Below, in pieces: positions 12,591 through 24,990 of a stretch of 57,876 nt of DNA. A model generated the notes under the pieces. That model searched no databases, was not told where the DNA came from, and was given only the letters and a program-made list of their open reading frames with translations. Where the stretch lies: positions 11,870,407-11,928,282 of the forward strand of contig NC_057751.1 in the NCBI RefSeq assembly GCF_004010195.1. The letters are read 5' to 3'. The position numbers and the translations under genes were made by a program. This stretch comes from Chiloscyllium plagiosum. Lineage: Eukaryota. Each line of letters begins with the position of its first letter. The first letter of the stretch is position 1.

Positions 12591-14632
12591 ATATATTCAT
12601 TGAGTCTGTTCTGCAAGAGAATCTTGACTCTTCGAGAGGAAATGATTCCTCCTTATTTCTTTTTTAAATGCACAGGCCCTTATTTTCAAAAAGTGATGTC
12701 TCGTTATAGATTCTCCTACAAGCTGACATCCTCTACTCATTTACCCTCTCAAAGCTCCTCAGGATCTTTCTCTGTTTCAATCAAATTGCCTCTTACTCTG
12801 TTAAGCTTGAGCAAACACAAGTCTAAATTGTCCAACCTTAATTCATTGTACGTTTCACCAATTCCAGCCAAGTAAACCTTCTCTGAATTGTTCCCAATGG
12901 AGGTGCACCCTTTAAATAAGTAGACCAGTACAGTACATGAGCTTTCCTTATAACTTTCAGTGCATGCAATTCATGCACTGGGGGACACCGATCCCTATGC
13001 ATATTAGATTTCTACAATCTCTCACCAATTTGAAAACATGCTTCTCTTTCATTCTTATGGTCAAAATGGGACAGTTTCACAATGTTTTTGACATGAACCC
13101 ACATTTTCCAGATCTTTGCCTATCTCAAAACCTACTTCTACCACTATGCAGAGTCCTTGTTTAATGTTCATAATTCCTTTCCTGCTCATGTCATTGTAGT
13201 GATTGTAGCAAGGTCAGCCAAGTGGAGCTCTTAGAATCTGAGTTCCCTGATTGAGGCTGTTACGCTGGTCTAATCAGGGAACCCTGGCTGACAGGTAGAG
13301 ACAGGAGTGTCAGACATCCTCAGACTCTGAGAGTAGGCTGTCAGGAGCTAGATCAGTATCAAGTACTTTCCACATGCAAATAAAGGATGACATGCTGACA
13401 GGATACCAGCCTCTCTGGAGTTATTCTAGTGATGTCAAGAATAAATCACGCTTCTGAAGAAATTTGCTTGCAGCAATCATCTTTGAGTTCGAGTAAGCAT
13501 TTCTGGCATCATCCTATTATTTGGGAAGCTGGATTCGTTCAATCCTCCATTGAGGACTGGGTCCAATATGTGGAAAGTTCATATATAACCTGGCTTCCGT
13601 TCTGGCACCTTTGCATCAACTCCTAAAAAAGGGTGAGCCTTGGAAATGGTTGTGTAGTTAAGCAATAGCTTTCAGGAAAGTCAAGAAACAGCTATCATCC
13701 TCTGAGGTGTTAGCACACCACGATTGCAAGTGATATCTGGTATTGTTATATAGTGCTTTTCCATATGGCATTGGGGTGGTGTTAGTTCATAGGTGGCCAA
13801 TTGAGAGGAATGCCCAACAATGTATGCATCCAGGATTTTGGCTAATGCAGTGAGTAAATATGCCCAGAACGAGAAAGAAGGTTTGGCAGTCATATTTTGA
13901 ATCAGGAAGTTCCACCAATACCTTTACGGACGTCAGTAATAATGGACCACAAACTCCTGCTCGGTCTATTTTAATAGGACAAGACTGTATCACACACAGC
14001 ATCAAGCTGAATTCAGTGGTGGGCTCTAATATTAACTGTATGTAATTACAAGTTGGAACACCAAGTTGGGAGGCCAAATAACAAATGCTGATACATTGCG
14101 TTGCCTCCGCTGGCAAATACACCACTCGTGGTCCTGCCACTGGAAGGGTTCTTAATGTTTTTAAATTTCCTAGACACACTTGGAGTCACAGCTGACAATA
14201 TCAGATGTTGGATGCTGGCAAAACCGAAACAGCTGGTGGTAATGGGAGAAACGCAAGGGCATATGCCCAGATGTGAGATCTTTTTGGGCCTGGAGAGGCC
14301 CCATCACAGGAGAGGATGATATTTTGTTATGGGGAGCAAGAGTGATTGTCCCAAGCAAAAGTTGCTTCCATTACTGCTCAACTCCACCTGGGTCATCCAG
14401 GTAGTTTCCAAAATGAAGATGTTGGTGAGAATTGATGTGTGGGGGTCAGGATTGGATGCAGAGAGAGTTGCTTTGATGGGGCAGTGCCCAGAGTGCCAAC
14501 AAGGACAAAGATTACTGCCAGCAGCTCCCTTATATTTTATGGGGAATGGCAGAGTAAACCTTGGACTCGGTTACACATCGATATGGAGGTCCTTTCATGG
14601 ACTCAATGTTCTGAGTCATTGTGGTCACCCAC

Positions 14633-14703
14633 TCAAAGTGGTTGGACGAGCATGAAATTCATTTGTCAAAGTGGTTGGACGAGCATGAAATTCATTTGTC
14701 AAA
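14633..14703 (+). repeat. Perfect 33-bp tandem duplication
   Basis: tcaaagtggttggacgagcatgaaattcatttg twice, followed by tcaaa. Confidence 0.95.
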
Positions 14704-14718
14704 CACGGGAATGATGAT

Positions 14719-15328
14719 TGTTATGGACTAGACCAGACCGCTTCAAAACATTTCAGGAAGGAAGCCCAGACTGTGACGTTGCTAGTTGTTTTAAGTAGGT
14801 GTAAAGTGGATATACCAAGAGAGAATCCGCTGGTCAAACCACTTAGTTTTAAGCAAACAGAATTTATTTACAAGATTACTGAATGAAACACAAACAACAG
14901 AAAACAGAATACTGAATAACTTAACCTTTCTGAAAACCCAACAGATTATCCAAACTTAATGATGCTGTTCCAAATACTGGCAACAATCCCCATAAGCACC
15001 CCTTGGCACAAAAGGTAAAATCAAACTCAGGTTTTTATAGGATAGAAGTCAAAGAGAGAGTACCAGCCTGGACCTGCTTCTGGGTCCAGCAGCTTTTGCA
15101 CATTACTTTTTAAAAAAACTGAGCTGGGAGAACTGGCCACTCCCCTTTCATTGTACAAGTGTTTTTTTTTAAACTTGAAAGCCTCTGCTTGAGGCAGCAT
15201 CTGTTAGCTATTATCAAATTGGCCCTGCAACCCTTCAACCTCCAGACATTTGCATCGGTGTCATTTACAACTTCTCTGAAAAAAACCAAGGATTGTATAA
15301 CCTTGTTAAAGGAGCAGCTTCATCATCA
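14719..15328. mobile_element. Solo LTR nested in the Gypsy integrase
   Basis: End-to-end homologous to 22221-22843; integrase sequence resumes after it (GMM/IAKLH). Confidence 0.88.
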
Positions 15329-15734
15329 GATAGCAAAACTGCATGAATCGGTTGTAATACACGGACTCCCAGAGGACTTGGTCACAGATAACGGGCTATC
15401 ATTTACCAGTGGGAGATTTGAATAATTCCTAAAATCAAATGGCATTTGACATACAAGGACGGCACAATATCATCCGTCATCACTTGGTCTGGCAGAAAGA
15501 GCAATTCAGATATTGAAAGCTGGGCTTAAAGCAACAGCTTCACTAGATGCTGAACTGTTCTGGTTCCTACTTAATTACAGGATGACCCCTCAGGCAACTA
15601 TTGAGATAGCTCCAGCATAGTTGTTAATGGGGAAAAGACTTCGCACAATGTTAATCCTGTTCTTCCCGGACCTGGGTGGAGAGAGTGAAATGACATCAAG
15701 AACGCCATTGCTGGACAAAAGACTCTGCTAGCCA

Positions 15735-15817
15735 CTTCCTGATGCTACTTGGCTTGCTGTGTTCTTCCAGCTTCTATCTCCTACATTGGATTCCAGCTTT
15801 GCAATTTTTTTGTCTTT
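15735..15817 (+). mobile_element. Penelope-derived tail fragment inside the Gypsy element
   Basis: cctgatgctacttggcttgctgtgttcttccagc resembles the gatgctgcctgacctgctg...ttccagc tails. Confidence 0.6.
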
Positions 15818-16779
15818 AAGCAAGAGAGACAGTTTATTTTAGGGGATGAAGTTTGGTGTAGAAACAAAAGGAATAGCCCTGTGTAGGTAAGAGCATGGTC
15901 AACGCGAGACCACACCCAGTGAAGTATAAATTTAGAGTCAGTCTGATAGTCCTGAACAAGCATGTAGACCATATGAAAGCTGCAAGCTCTCAAATGGGGT
16001 GGAAGCAAAATGTGCCAGGCTCCTCGGAACATTTGGAAAAGCTGGTGGAACACGAGTTCTCCCTTTCCATCAAGCGTTGAAGAGACCTCAGAACGCACAT
16101 AGCAGATGTCACCACCTCGGTGCCTTTCCCGCCTGCAGAGGAAAATGATTTTCTTCCAGGACACTCCGGGCATGAAAGGCGAGCTAGTGTGAGTATCAAC
16201 GGCAGAGTCATAGGAAACTGACCTGGTGCTAAAGCGCCCCATGAGCAACTACCAAAAAAAAAGAACTGGCCTCTGTTCTTGGACTCAGAGGATTTGGGAT
16301 GTAGTGATTGTAACAAGGTCAACCAGGTGGTCAAATCTGGTCTAATCAGGAAGCCCTGGCTGACAGATATGAACAGAATGTCTGACACTCCTGTTCTGTA
16401 TGAGATGCTGAGGGAGCTGCACCAGTGTCAAGGATTCCCTACATGCGAATGAAGGATGACTTGGTGATGGGATACTGGCCTCTGTGGAGTTATTTCAATA
16501 ATATTTCTATATTTGCTGATTCTATGCAGTCATTTTTCAATTCATGTCCTTCTGTGGTAAAAACCTTTAACAATGCATATCAAATGATAATTTTTTTTTT
16601 CTTCAGTGTCATTGCATTGTGATACAGATGATTTCTCATCTCTGTTAATAAAAATGCAAAGTTTGTCATGACATGGCACCCTGCGGTTGCAAAAAGCAAT
16701 ATGATCTGTTCAACAAGATCTCTTGTGCTTTTGACTTTGTCAATCAAACAATACAGGGAATGTCTGACTAAAATTAAAC

Positions 16780-16970
16780 TGTGATATTTTTAGGTCAACT
16801 TATAAATAGACCACGAGGTAGGCCTGTAGAACTTGAACCAGCAACAATCTTTATCGGCACACAGTCAAACCAAGACTGAACCAAAGTTCCTGTTCCAGGT
16901 CACGTGAACCATTCGCGTGAAGGGGCAGCAATCACACCGAACTGCATATATAACACCCATCCCTCTTAAT
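16780..16970 (-). mobile_element. Possible short LTR with adjacent polypurine tract
   Basis: tgtgatat...atataaca termini followed by cccatccctctt (AAGAGGGATGGG on the - strand). Confidence 0.45.
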
Positions 16971-17089
16971 TTCAGAAACTCCTGTTCATGAATGTATGTG
17001 CAGACATTGTAAATATTAAAAGCATCAGAGCCAACAGATGGACATAGTCATGAATATTTACAAACACATGTGCGAACGACCACTCATCG

Positions 17090-19720
17090 CTCCCAAAGGC
17101 CTGACTGAAATCCATGTAAACCACATCAGTTGTACTACCCTAATCAATGTAGTTCGGGACTTTTTCAAAAAACTCAATTAAATTAGCCAGACAGGATCTC
17201 CCTCTAACAAATCATTGCTGACTCTCCAAGTACTGATTAATCCTGTCTTTCAGAATGTTTTCCAATAATTTTCCTGCCACTGCCCTGCAATTAACCGAGT
17301 CTGCAATTGCTTGGCTTATCCCTGCTGTCCTTCTTGAACGAAAGAACCACATCAACTCACCTCCAGAAATATGATACTTCTCCTGCTACCAGCAAAGTAT
17401 TAAATGTCTCTGCCATGGTCCCAGCAATATCCTCCTTTGCCTTTCATTGCAGCCCAGGATACATCTCATTAAGTCCTGGGGAGTGATGTACTTATATGCC
17501 TACTACAAGATCTAATTAATCCTCCTCCTCATTCATCTTAATGTCTTCCTCATGTGAACACAGGTGAGAAGTATTTATTTAAGACCTCAGCCATGTTCAC
17601 TGGCTTCATGCACACGTTACCCCTGTTGTCTCTCGTAGATTCCACCCTTACCTGGTAATTCTTTTATTCTTAATATACTAATAAAAACCTTGGGGGTTTC
17701 ATTGATCCTATCCGTGAAAGATATTTCATGGCCCTTCTGTACCCTCCTAATTTCCTTTTTAAGCAACCTCCTACATTCTCTATATGTTAGAAGGCCTTCC
17801 TGTTTTTAATGCACTGTACCTGATGTAGGCTTTCTTCTTTCTCTTTATCAAACTCGAACCATCCTTTGAAATCCAGCGTTCTCTGGACGTGCTGTTCTTT
17901 TAATTCACTCTTAGAGAAATACACTCATCCTGAATTTTAACTGTACTGCTTTTTAAAAGACTCCCACTTTCCAGTTATAGACTTACCTGTATGTAGCAGC
18001 TCTTAGCCTGTGTTTGCTAGATATGAAAATTAGCCATCCCTCAATTTTGACACTTAATTTATACATTATCCATATTGACTGAAACTTAGAGAGACCCTGA
18101 AATTTTCACCCACTGAAACTTCAGCCAGTTGGGTGACTTGATTCCCTCAGATGATGTCGAGCACTGGCCCATCTCAAAGGTCTATCTACATACTGGCACA
18201 AAAAAACCTCTCCTGGAAGCTTTAAAAATGACCCTTACACACTAAGGAGATGCTAGTTCATATTATGAAAGTCAAAGTATCTCAAGTATTTCTGTTTCCC
18301 TCACAACTTTTCTGTGATTTGCTTACATGTCTGCTCCTCTACTTCTTTCTGACTGTTGTAAAACCTGTGGTATAACTCCAAAAAGGTGATCGCCCCTTTG
18401 TTATTTCTAAGCATGAACTAGATGGCAGAATTTCAGAGGCACCTCCAAGACGACCCCATTACTGTGGTGTTGGGGTACAGTGTTGGTTTCCTTTATCAAT
18501 AATGCAATGTCACCACCTCTCTCATATCCCCCACTAGTGTCCCTGAAACTTAGAATATTGAGCTGCTTGGTCTGTCATCCTCCAACTATGTCTCCGTGAT
18601 TGCAACGTGCCGATCAATGCTGTATGTTCATCCACCTTACCAGTCAATGATTTTGCATTAACATCGATACAGTTTAGCTTTCTAGACCTCCCATGTGCCT
18701 TATCCTGTCCATGTCTTTTCCATCTATTGGACTATCCCAGCATTCCTTCCACATCTGACTGAGTCTTGCACCTGGCTTTACATCTGCTCTGTGTCGCATC
18801 CTCTGCCCAAGCAGCGTAAAACTGCTCCAAAAGCATGACCAAACCTTGCAGCAAGGATACTCGATGCATTCCAGTTCAGATGCAACTAGGACAGGTCCCA
18901 CCCATCCCAGAAGCTGTCCCAATGATCCCAAAATCGAGAGCCCTCCCTCCTCTACCTTCCCTCTCAACACGTGATCTTCCTATTCCTACATCATATGGCG
19001 CTGGAAGTAATCTGGAGATTCCCACCTTCGGTAGTCTTCCTCTTTAATATATGACCTAATTCTCTAAATTTCTGCTGCAGAACCTCATTTCTTTTTTTTA
19101 CTGATATCATCAGTACTGACGTGTACTACAACTGCCGGCTGTTCACCCTTCCTCTTCAGAATGCTTTGTGGCCACTCGGAGACATATCCAACCCTAGCAC
19201 CAGGGAGGCAACATACCATTCAAGAGTCTTGTTTGCTGCCTCAGAACTGTCTGTCAGCTCCCTTTCCAATTATGTTCCCCATCTTGAAAGATTCCACCTC
19301 TGCAACGCCCAGTCTTTTTTTTCTTCCCTGCTGTGCAGTAGAGCTAACAGTCGTGCCATGAACTCTGCTGCTGCTGCTTTCCTGTGCAATGTTATCCACT
19401 AACAGAATCCAAAACATACTGTCTGTTTGAGAGAAATGGCCACAGGGAATTCCTATATTTCCAGCCCATGTTTACTAGTTTACCTGGTGGTCACCCAACA
19501 CATTTCTGCCTGTGTAGCCCTTACTTGTGTTGTGACCAGCATCATGGACGCTCCATAGCGAGTCCATCAACAGCTCCAGCCGCTTCATACAGCTAATCAG
19601 GAGCTGCAGCTGAAAATTCTTCCTGCATATATTGTCAACATGACACTGGAGCTGTTTCTGATTTCCCATATATTGCCACAGGAGCATTCAACATGCCCAG
19701 GTTCTTGTGTCATTGTGAAC
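17090..19720 (-). mobile_element. Old CR1 LINE (RT, endonuclease and ORF1 esterase remnants)
   Basis: Colinear with 30050-32720; gaaatccatgtaaaccacatc encodes DVVYMDF on the - strand. Confidence 0.8.
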
Positions 19721-20020
19721 CTGATCAACAACATACAATAAACTCAGAAGTAGTTACTCAATCTTAACTACTCAGCAAATCCGACTTCACTCTCTGTCTC
19801 TCTCTCTATTCTGAACAAACTCCAAAGAAGGAATTTGCACTGTCCCTCCTTCGTGGTATTACTCACTCTCCATAAAGCTAGGAGCTAATCAGATACTCCA
19901 CTTGTGCTATATCACTTTTGGAATTGTGATGTCACTTCCTGAGTTCCTCCTCTGGATTCAGGTTTGCTCTGCTCCGCTCCATTCCTGCTACAGCCCAAAA
20001 TGAGCTTGACTGAGGCCTCA

Positions 20021-20113
20021 CTGGATCAGTGGTGCTGGAAGAGCACAGCAGTTCAGGCAGCATCCAATGAGCAGCGAAATCGACGTTTCAGGCAAAAGCC
20101 CTTCATCATCAGG
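20021..20113 (-). mobile_element. Short Penelope-derived fragment with hammerhead-like core
   Basis: - strand reads ctgatgatgaagggcttttgcctgaaacgtcgatt...gatgctgcctgaactgctgtgctcttccagc. Confidence 0.8.
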
Positions 20114-20643
20114 CTTTTATCCATAAGTTCCACTGCCAATGATCACCCCAGGCTTGCTCTGCTCTGCTCGTCAGCAGAGGTGAGACACAAATCCACACCA
20201 CCTTGCTCAAAGGTAGGGACGCTACCACCACACCACAAGAACCTTATGACACCATACTATTAACAATTTGTTCCACAGTGCATCAGCTTCATGCTATTAT
20301 CTTTCGACCATGTACTGACTAATTCTTAAAGGGATCACCATTTACAGCATTGCAAACAGGTCAGTTACTTGGCAAGTGAACAATGTTGGAAGTCAAAATA
20401 CTGTTCCATGTAAAAATGTCAATATCATAACTACCATTGATGAGCAATTTCTAGATGTTGTGTGTCCAAGTAAAAGGTTTCAGTTCATTTTCTTTTCAAT
20501 GTACATATGGTATTCATGGAAAATATGTTGTCTGAACGTTTTTCTTTTATTACTTGTGAATTTGTGGACATAATTGAATGTTTATTTAAATTACTCCAAG
20601 ATATTTTGCTAATCACTTCTCTTTCTTGTGCTGAATGTCTCAG

Positions 20644-20708
20644 GGCAGACTATCATATTCCATTCAGGTGGAAGGCCGTGAGCACATTGTTCACATGAAG
20701 AGAAATGA
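20644..20708 (+). CDS. ADAM9: ADAM9-like exon (probably exon 3), prodomain
   Basis: Acceptor tctcag, donor AATGA/gtaagt; 65 nt, phase 0 to 2; GRLSYSIQVEGREHIVHMKRN resembles human VSYVIQAEGKEHIIHLERN; this frame is not in the supplied ORF track. Confidence 0.9.
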
Positions 20709-20727
20709 GTAAGTATCATTTAATTCA

Positions 20728-20880
20728 AGAATGAGATAATGAGAGTCCAGATAACGAGAGATGTTCTTGTGAGGGTGAAGGGCAAGGCAGGTAGGTTTAG
20801 GGAATACTGGATGACCAAAGAAATTGGGGTTTTGGTCAAGAACAATAAGGAAGCACATGTCAGGTAGAGACAGTAGAGAT
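20728..20880 (+). mobile_element. CR1 fragment about 20 nt downstream of the exon donor
   Basis: gtgaagggcaaggcaggtaggtttagggaatactggatgaccaaagaa matches the reverse complement of about 30870-30925. Confidence 0.8.
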
Positions 20881-21960
20881 CCAGGCATCCTGCTGATTAC
20901 CACATACTGTCCTCCCTTGGCTGATGAATTGGTACTCCTCCATGTTGAACAACACTCAGACGAAGCGCTGAGGATGGCAAGGGCACAAGATGTACTCTTT
21001 GAGGGGGATTTCAATGTCCACCACCAAGATTGGGTCCGCAGCAATCCAACTGTTTGATTGTGCTGGTCAGGTCCTGAAGAACATAGCTGCTTCACTTGGT
21101 CTGTGGCAGGCGGTGAGAGAACCAACAAGTGGGAAAAACATCCTTATCAATCTGCCAGCTGCAGATGCACCTGCTCATGACAGTATTGGTAAGAGTGACC
21201 ACCACACAGTCCTTGTGGAGATGAAGTCCTGACTTCATATTCAGAATAACCCCCATTGTGTTGTATGGCACTATCACTGTGTTAAATGGCTTCCATGAAG
21301 CGCTGTGGACCCTCAAAGGCAGCAGAACTTTACTCCAGCACAAACTGTAACCTCATGGCCCAGCATACTCCTCCATTCAGCCATTATCAGCAAGACAGGG
21401 GATCAACCTTGGTTCAACAAAGAGCGCAGGAGGGCATGCTAGGAGCAGCATCAGGTATATCTAAAGATGAGATGTCAACTGGATCACCCACCAAACAGGA
21501 CTATTTGCACACCAAACAGCAGAAACAGCAAGTGATAGACAGAGCTAAGCAATCCTACAACCAGATCTTAGTTTTGCAGTCTTGCCACATCCAGTTGTGA
21601 ATGGTGCTGGATGATTAAGCAACTCACTGGAGGAGGAGACTCCAGTAATATCCGCATCCTCTATGATGGAAGAATCCAGCACATCAGTGCAAAAGATAAG
21701 GCTGAAGCATTCGCAGCAATCTTCAGCCAAAAGTGCTGAATGGCTTATCTATTTTGGGGTTCCCTCCAATGTTGCCCAGCATTATAGATGCCAATCTTCA
21801 GCCAAATTGATTCACTCCACAGCTGGAGACACAGGATTGTGCAAAGGCAATGGACACTAAAAACATTCCAGCACGGGTATAGAAGATTTGTGTTTCAGAA
21901 CTTGCCACACTCCTCACAAAGCTTTTTCAGTATAGTTACAACACTGGCATCTACCTGACA
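20881..21960 (+). mobile_element. Second LINE family (CR1/L2-group APE endonuclease to RT start), decayed
   Basis: LLITTYCPP...GDFNVHH and IGKSDHHTVLV are APE motifs, and the sequence is unlike the dominant CR1 family. Confidence 0.8.
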
Positions 21961-22220
21961 TTTATATGTTCAGAGATTTATATGATGTCAAAGATACCTT
22001 TGTTCCTCGACTGTACCTTCAAATTTCACCTTTGATTTAGTGACTTTCGTTTCACCACATTGTGCAATTGCACATTTATCTGTGCTGAATTTATTTGCTG
22101 ATAATTATCCATTCTGCAAAATAAGATTAAAAGTTGTCTAATTCTACAGAGGTTTGACAAGGTTGGCACTGAGGGATAGTTCCTCTCCTGTGGGAACTTC
22201 GTGATTTTGATTTTCAAGGG

Positions 22221-22843
22221 TGTTAAGAACCAGGCTGGGCCCCCTCAAAACATTTCAAGAAAGTGGCCCAGACCTTCACTTTGTTAGTTGTTTTAGCAGG
22301 TGTAATGCGGATATTCCAGAGTGATTCCACTGAGCAAACCATTTAGTTTTAAAAAAACAGAATTTATTTTCAAGATTATGGAATGAAACACAAACAAAAG
22401 GGAACAGAATATAGAATAACTTAAGCAATCCGAAAACCCAACAGATCATCCCAACTTAATGATGCTGTTCCAAATGCTTGCAACAATCCCCTTAAACACC
22501 CCTTTGCACAAAAGGTAAAATCAAACAAAGGGTCCTACAGTAGAGAAGTCAGAGAGATTAGTATGGACCTGCTTCTTTGCGTCCAGCAGCCTTTTTTCGC
22601 TACTGTGCTAAAACCAAACCAGAGAAAGCTGAGCAGGGAGAACTGGCCACTCCCCTTTCCTGGTACAGTGTTTTTTTCAAAAAACTGAAAGTCTGTTTTC
22701 TGAGGCAGTATCTGTTAGCTATAAACAAACTGGCCCTAAAACTCTTCAATTTAGACTTTTCGGAGTCTGTGTCTTTTACGACCTCTCTGAGGAAAGAAAT
22801 TCCAAGGACAACATAATCTTGTTAAAGGAGCAGCTTCGTCACA
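22221..22843. mobile_element. Solo LTR (623 bp) with perfect 4-bp TSD
   Basis: aggg|TGT...ACA|aggg; homologous to 14719-15328. Confidence 0.92.
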
Positions 22844-23259
22844 AGGGTCATCAATCTTTGGAATGCTTTATCCTAGACAGCTGGGAATGTTGAGTCTTTC
22901 AATCACATAAAGGTTAAGGTCGATTTTTTTTCAGGTTAGGGGAGTCAGAAAGTTCCAGTTTCAGGGAAGCCAAGTGGAGCTGAGGATAAATAAGATCAGT
23001 CTCGACTTCCCAAAGCTTGTCAAGCATTTTTAAGTCGCATCAGGAGTGCAGGGAATGACCTCCACCTGCTGGAATGAGGACAGTTCCAATAATACAGTGT
23101 GATGTGATATCAGTAACTTATCTATATTTTAATATCATTTACTTTTGAGATCAGATTTGAACTAGTGGCATGTGGGTTTAGGTCTGAGTGTCTGAAGGGG
23201 TTTAATAAAATTAGCTTTGAGATACTTCTGTCTCTGTGGTGATTTCCTTTAAAAACAAT

Positions 23260-24990
23260 GAGAATGTGCATTCCTGGTGTGTAGAGGGATTTAGTTTTCG
23301 TTGGAAGATTTTTGGGAGTAAACAAAGTAAATAATTGTGGGCTAGGCTTCAGTACTGTTGCTGGAATGTTGTCCATCAGCATTTCATATACCATAGGGCG
23401 AATGATAGAACCTAACAGGACATGACAAGGGGATACTTGCATAAAAATGATCTGATTGGGCATTGACAGCATAGGTCTGAGCATAGAAAATTATGTTTGA
23501 CAAATGTTTTGGAGTTTTTGAGGATGTTACAAATAGAATTGATAAAGAGGAGTTGATGGATATTGTATGTTTGGATTTTCAGAAGGCTTTTGAGAAGGTC
23601 CTCCACAGGTTGTTGAGGAAAGTTGATACGTGTGGTTGAGGAGGGAATGCACTGGCATGGATTAAAGATTGTCTTAGAGATGAAAACAGGTGTTGGCAGG
23701 CTGTGATAAAGGGATACCACAAGGTTCAGTATTTGGGCCCCAGACGTTCGCAGTATACATCAACAATTTGCACCAACTATCATATTTGCAGATTTACAGA
23801 AGAGATGAGGCTAAGCGGTAATGTGCAGAATATATATTAGATTAGATTACATGGGTGGCATGGTGGCACAGTGGTTAGCACAGCTGCCTCACAGCGCCAG
23901 AGATCCGGGTTCAATTCCCGCCTCAGGCGACTGACTGTGTGGAGTTTGCACGTTCTCCCCGTGTTTGCATGGGTTTCCTCCGGGTGCTCCGGTTTCCTCC
24001 CACAGTCCAAAGACGTGCAGGTTAGGTGAATTGGCCATGCTAAATTGCCCGTAGTGTTAGGTAAGGGGTAAATGTGGGGATATGGGTGGGTTGCGCTTCG
24101 GCGGGGGCGGTGTGGACTTGTTGGGCCGAAGCGCCTGTTTCCACACTGTTGGTAATCTAATCTAATCTAATATATTATGTTTTCAGGAGGAGTTTGAAAG
24201 ACTTAGTAATTGGGTGAGAAAATGGCAGATGAAATATATTGTGAAAAAATGTGAGGTTATCCATTTGGTTAGCAATAGGCAGGATTTTTCTTAAATCAGG
24301 AGAGGTTGAAAAGTGGAGATCAGCAAAGGGACATGGATATCCTTGGTGATAAGTCACTGGAACTTAACCTGCAAGTGCAGCAAGGCTGGTGGGGATGTGA
24401 GCCATTAATGTCAGAGGATTTGAGTGCATGAGTAGTGAAATATTCCTTCAATTGTGGAGGAGCTTGCTGTGACCACATCTGGAGTACTGTGTGCTGTTTG
24501 ACTTCCTTTGTCAAAGAAAAGATTAATGCCAGAGGAGTCCAATGGTGGTTCATCTGACTTGTCCTGAGAATGATAGCACTGTACTATGAAGAGAGATTGG
24601 GCAAACTGGAGCAAGTGTTTATCTAGAGTTTTGAAGAATGAGTGGTGTTGTCATCAAAAAATAATGCCAGGGATATACATGGTAGATGCAAATTTATTGT
24701 TCAATGTGTTTGGAGAGTCTAGAATCAAGCAGCACAGTTTAAAATGAGGGGGATGCTACTTTTGGACTGAGATGAAGATAAATCCTTTTATTCAGAAGGT
24801 GGTGAGTTTTTGAAATTCTCTTCTATATAGGGTTGTGGAAGTTTAGTCTTTGAGTATGTTTGAAGTAAAAGTTGATAATTGTTTGATTATCTATGGCATA
24901 GAGTGCCAATGGAATAGTGTGGGATGAAGGCATTGAAGTGTTCCATCAGCCATAGTCTAATTAAATGATGGAATTGGCTATTGTAGGAGA
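23260..24990 (+). mobile_element. Old CR1 LINE RT and 3' region
   Basis: DIVCLDFQKAF and PQGSVFGP remnants; 3' UTR-like end. Confidence 0.75.
23853..24170 (+). mobile_element. Full-length HE1-like V-SINE
   Basis: A box tggcacagtgg, B box ggttcaattcc, V domain gtgtggagtttgcacgttctcccc...ggtttcctcccac, CR1-like 3' end and (TAATC)n tail. Confidence 0.93.

Larger units (their letters stand above)
13195..16497 (+). mobile_element. Ty3/Gypsy (Mag-like) LTR retrotransposon, internally deleted and decayed
   Basis: Direct LTRs at 13195-13428 and 16300-16497 (tgtagtgattgt...ggagttatttca); purine tract before the 3' LTR; gag start LFGKLDSFNP; RNase H remnants (YGIGVVL, YASR, KEGLAVIF) and integrase remnants (PWTRLHID, LVTDNGLSFTS). 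Confidence 0.9.

Noticed and set aside
14633..14703. 33-bp direct repeats as a CRISPR array
   Set aside because: Only two abutting units with no spacer, inside a Gypsy integrase in a vertebrate genome
23853..23925. tRNA gene
   Set aside because: The A/B boxes belong to the tRNA-derived SINE head and continue into the V domain
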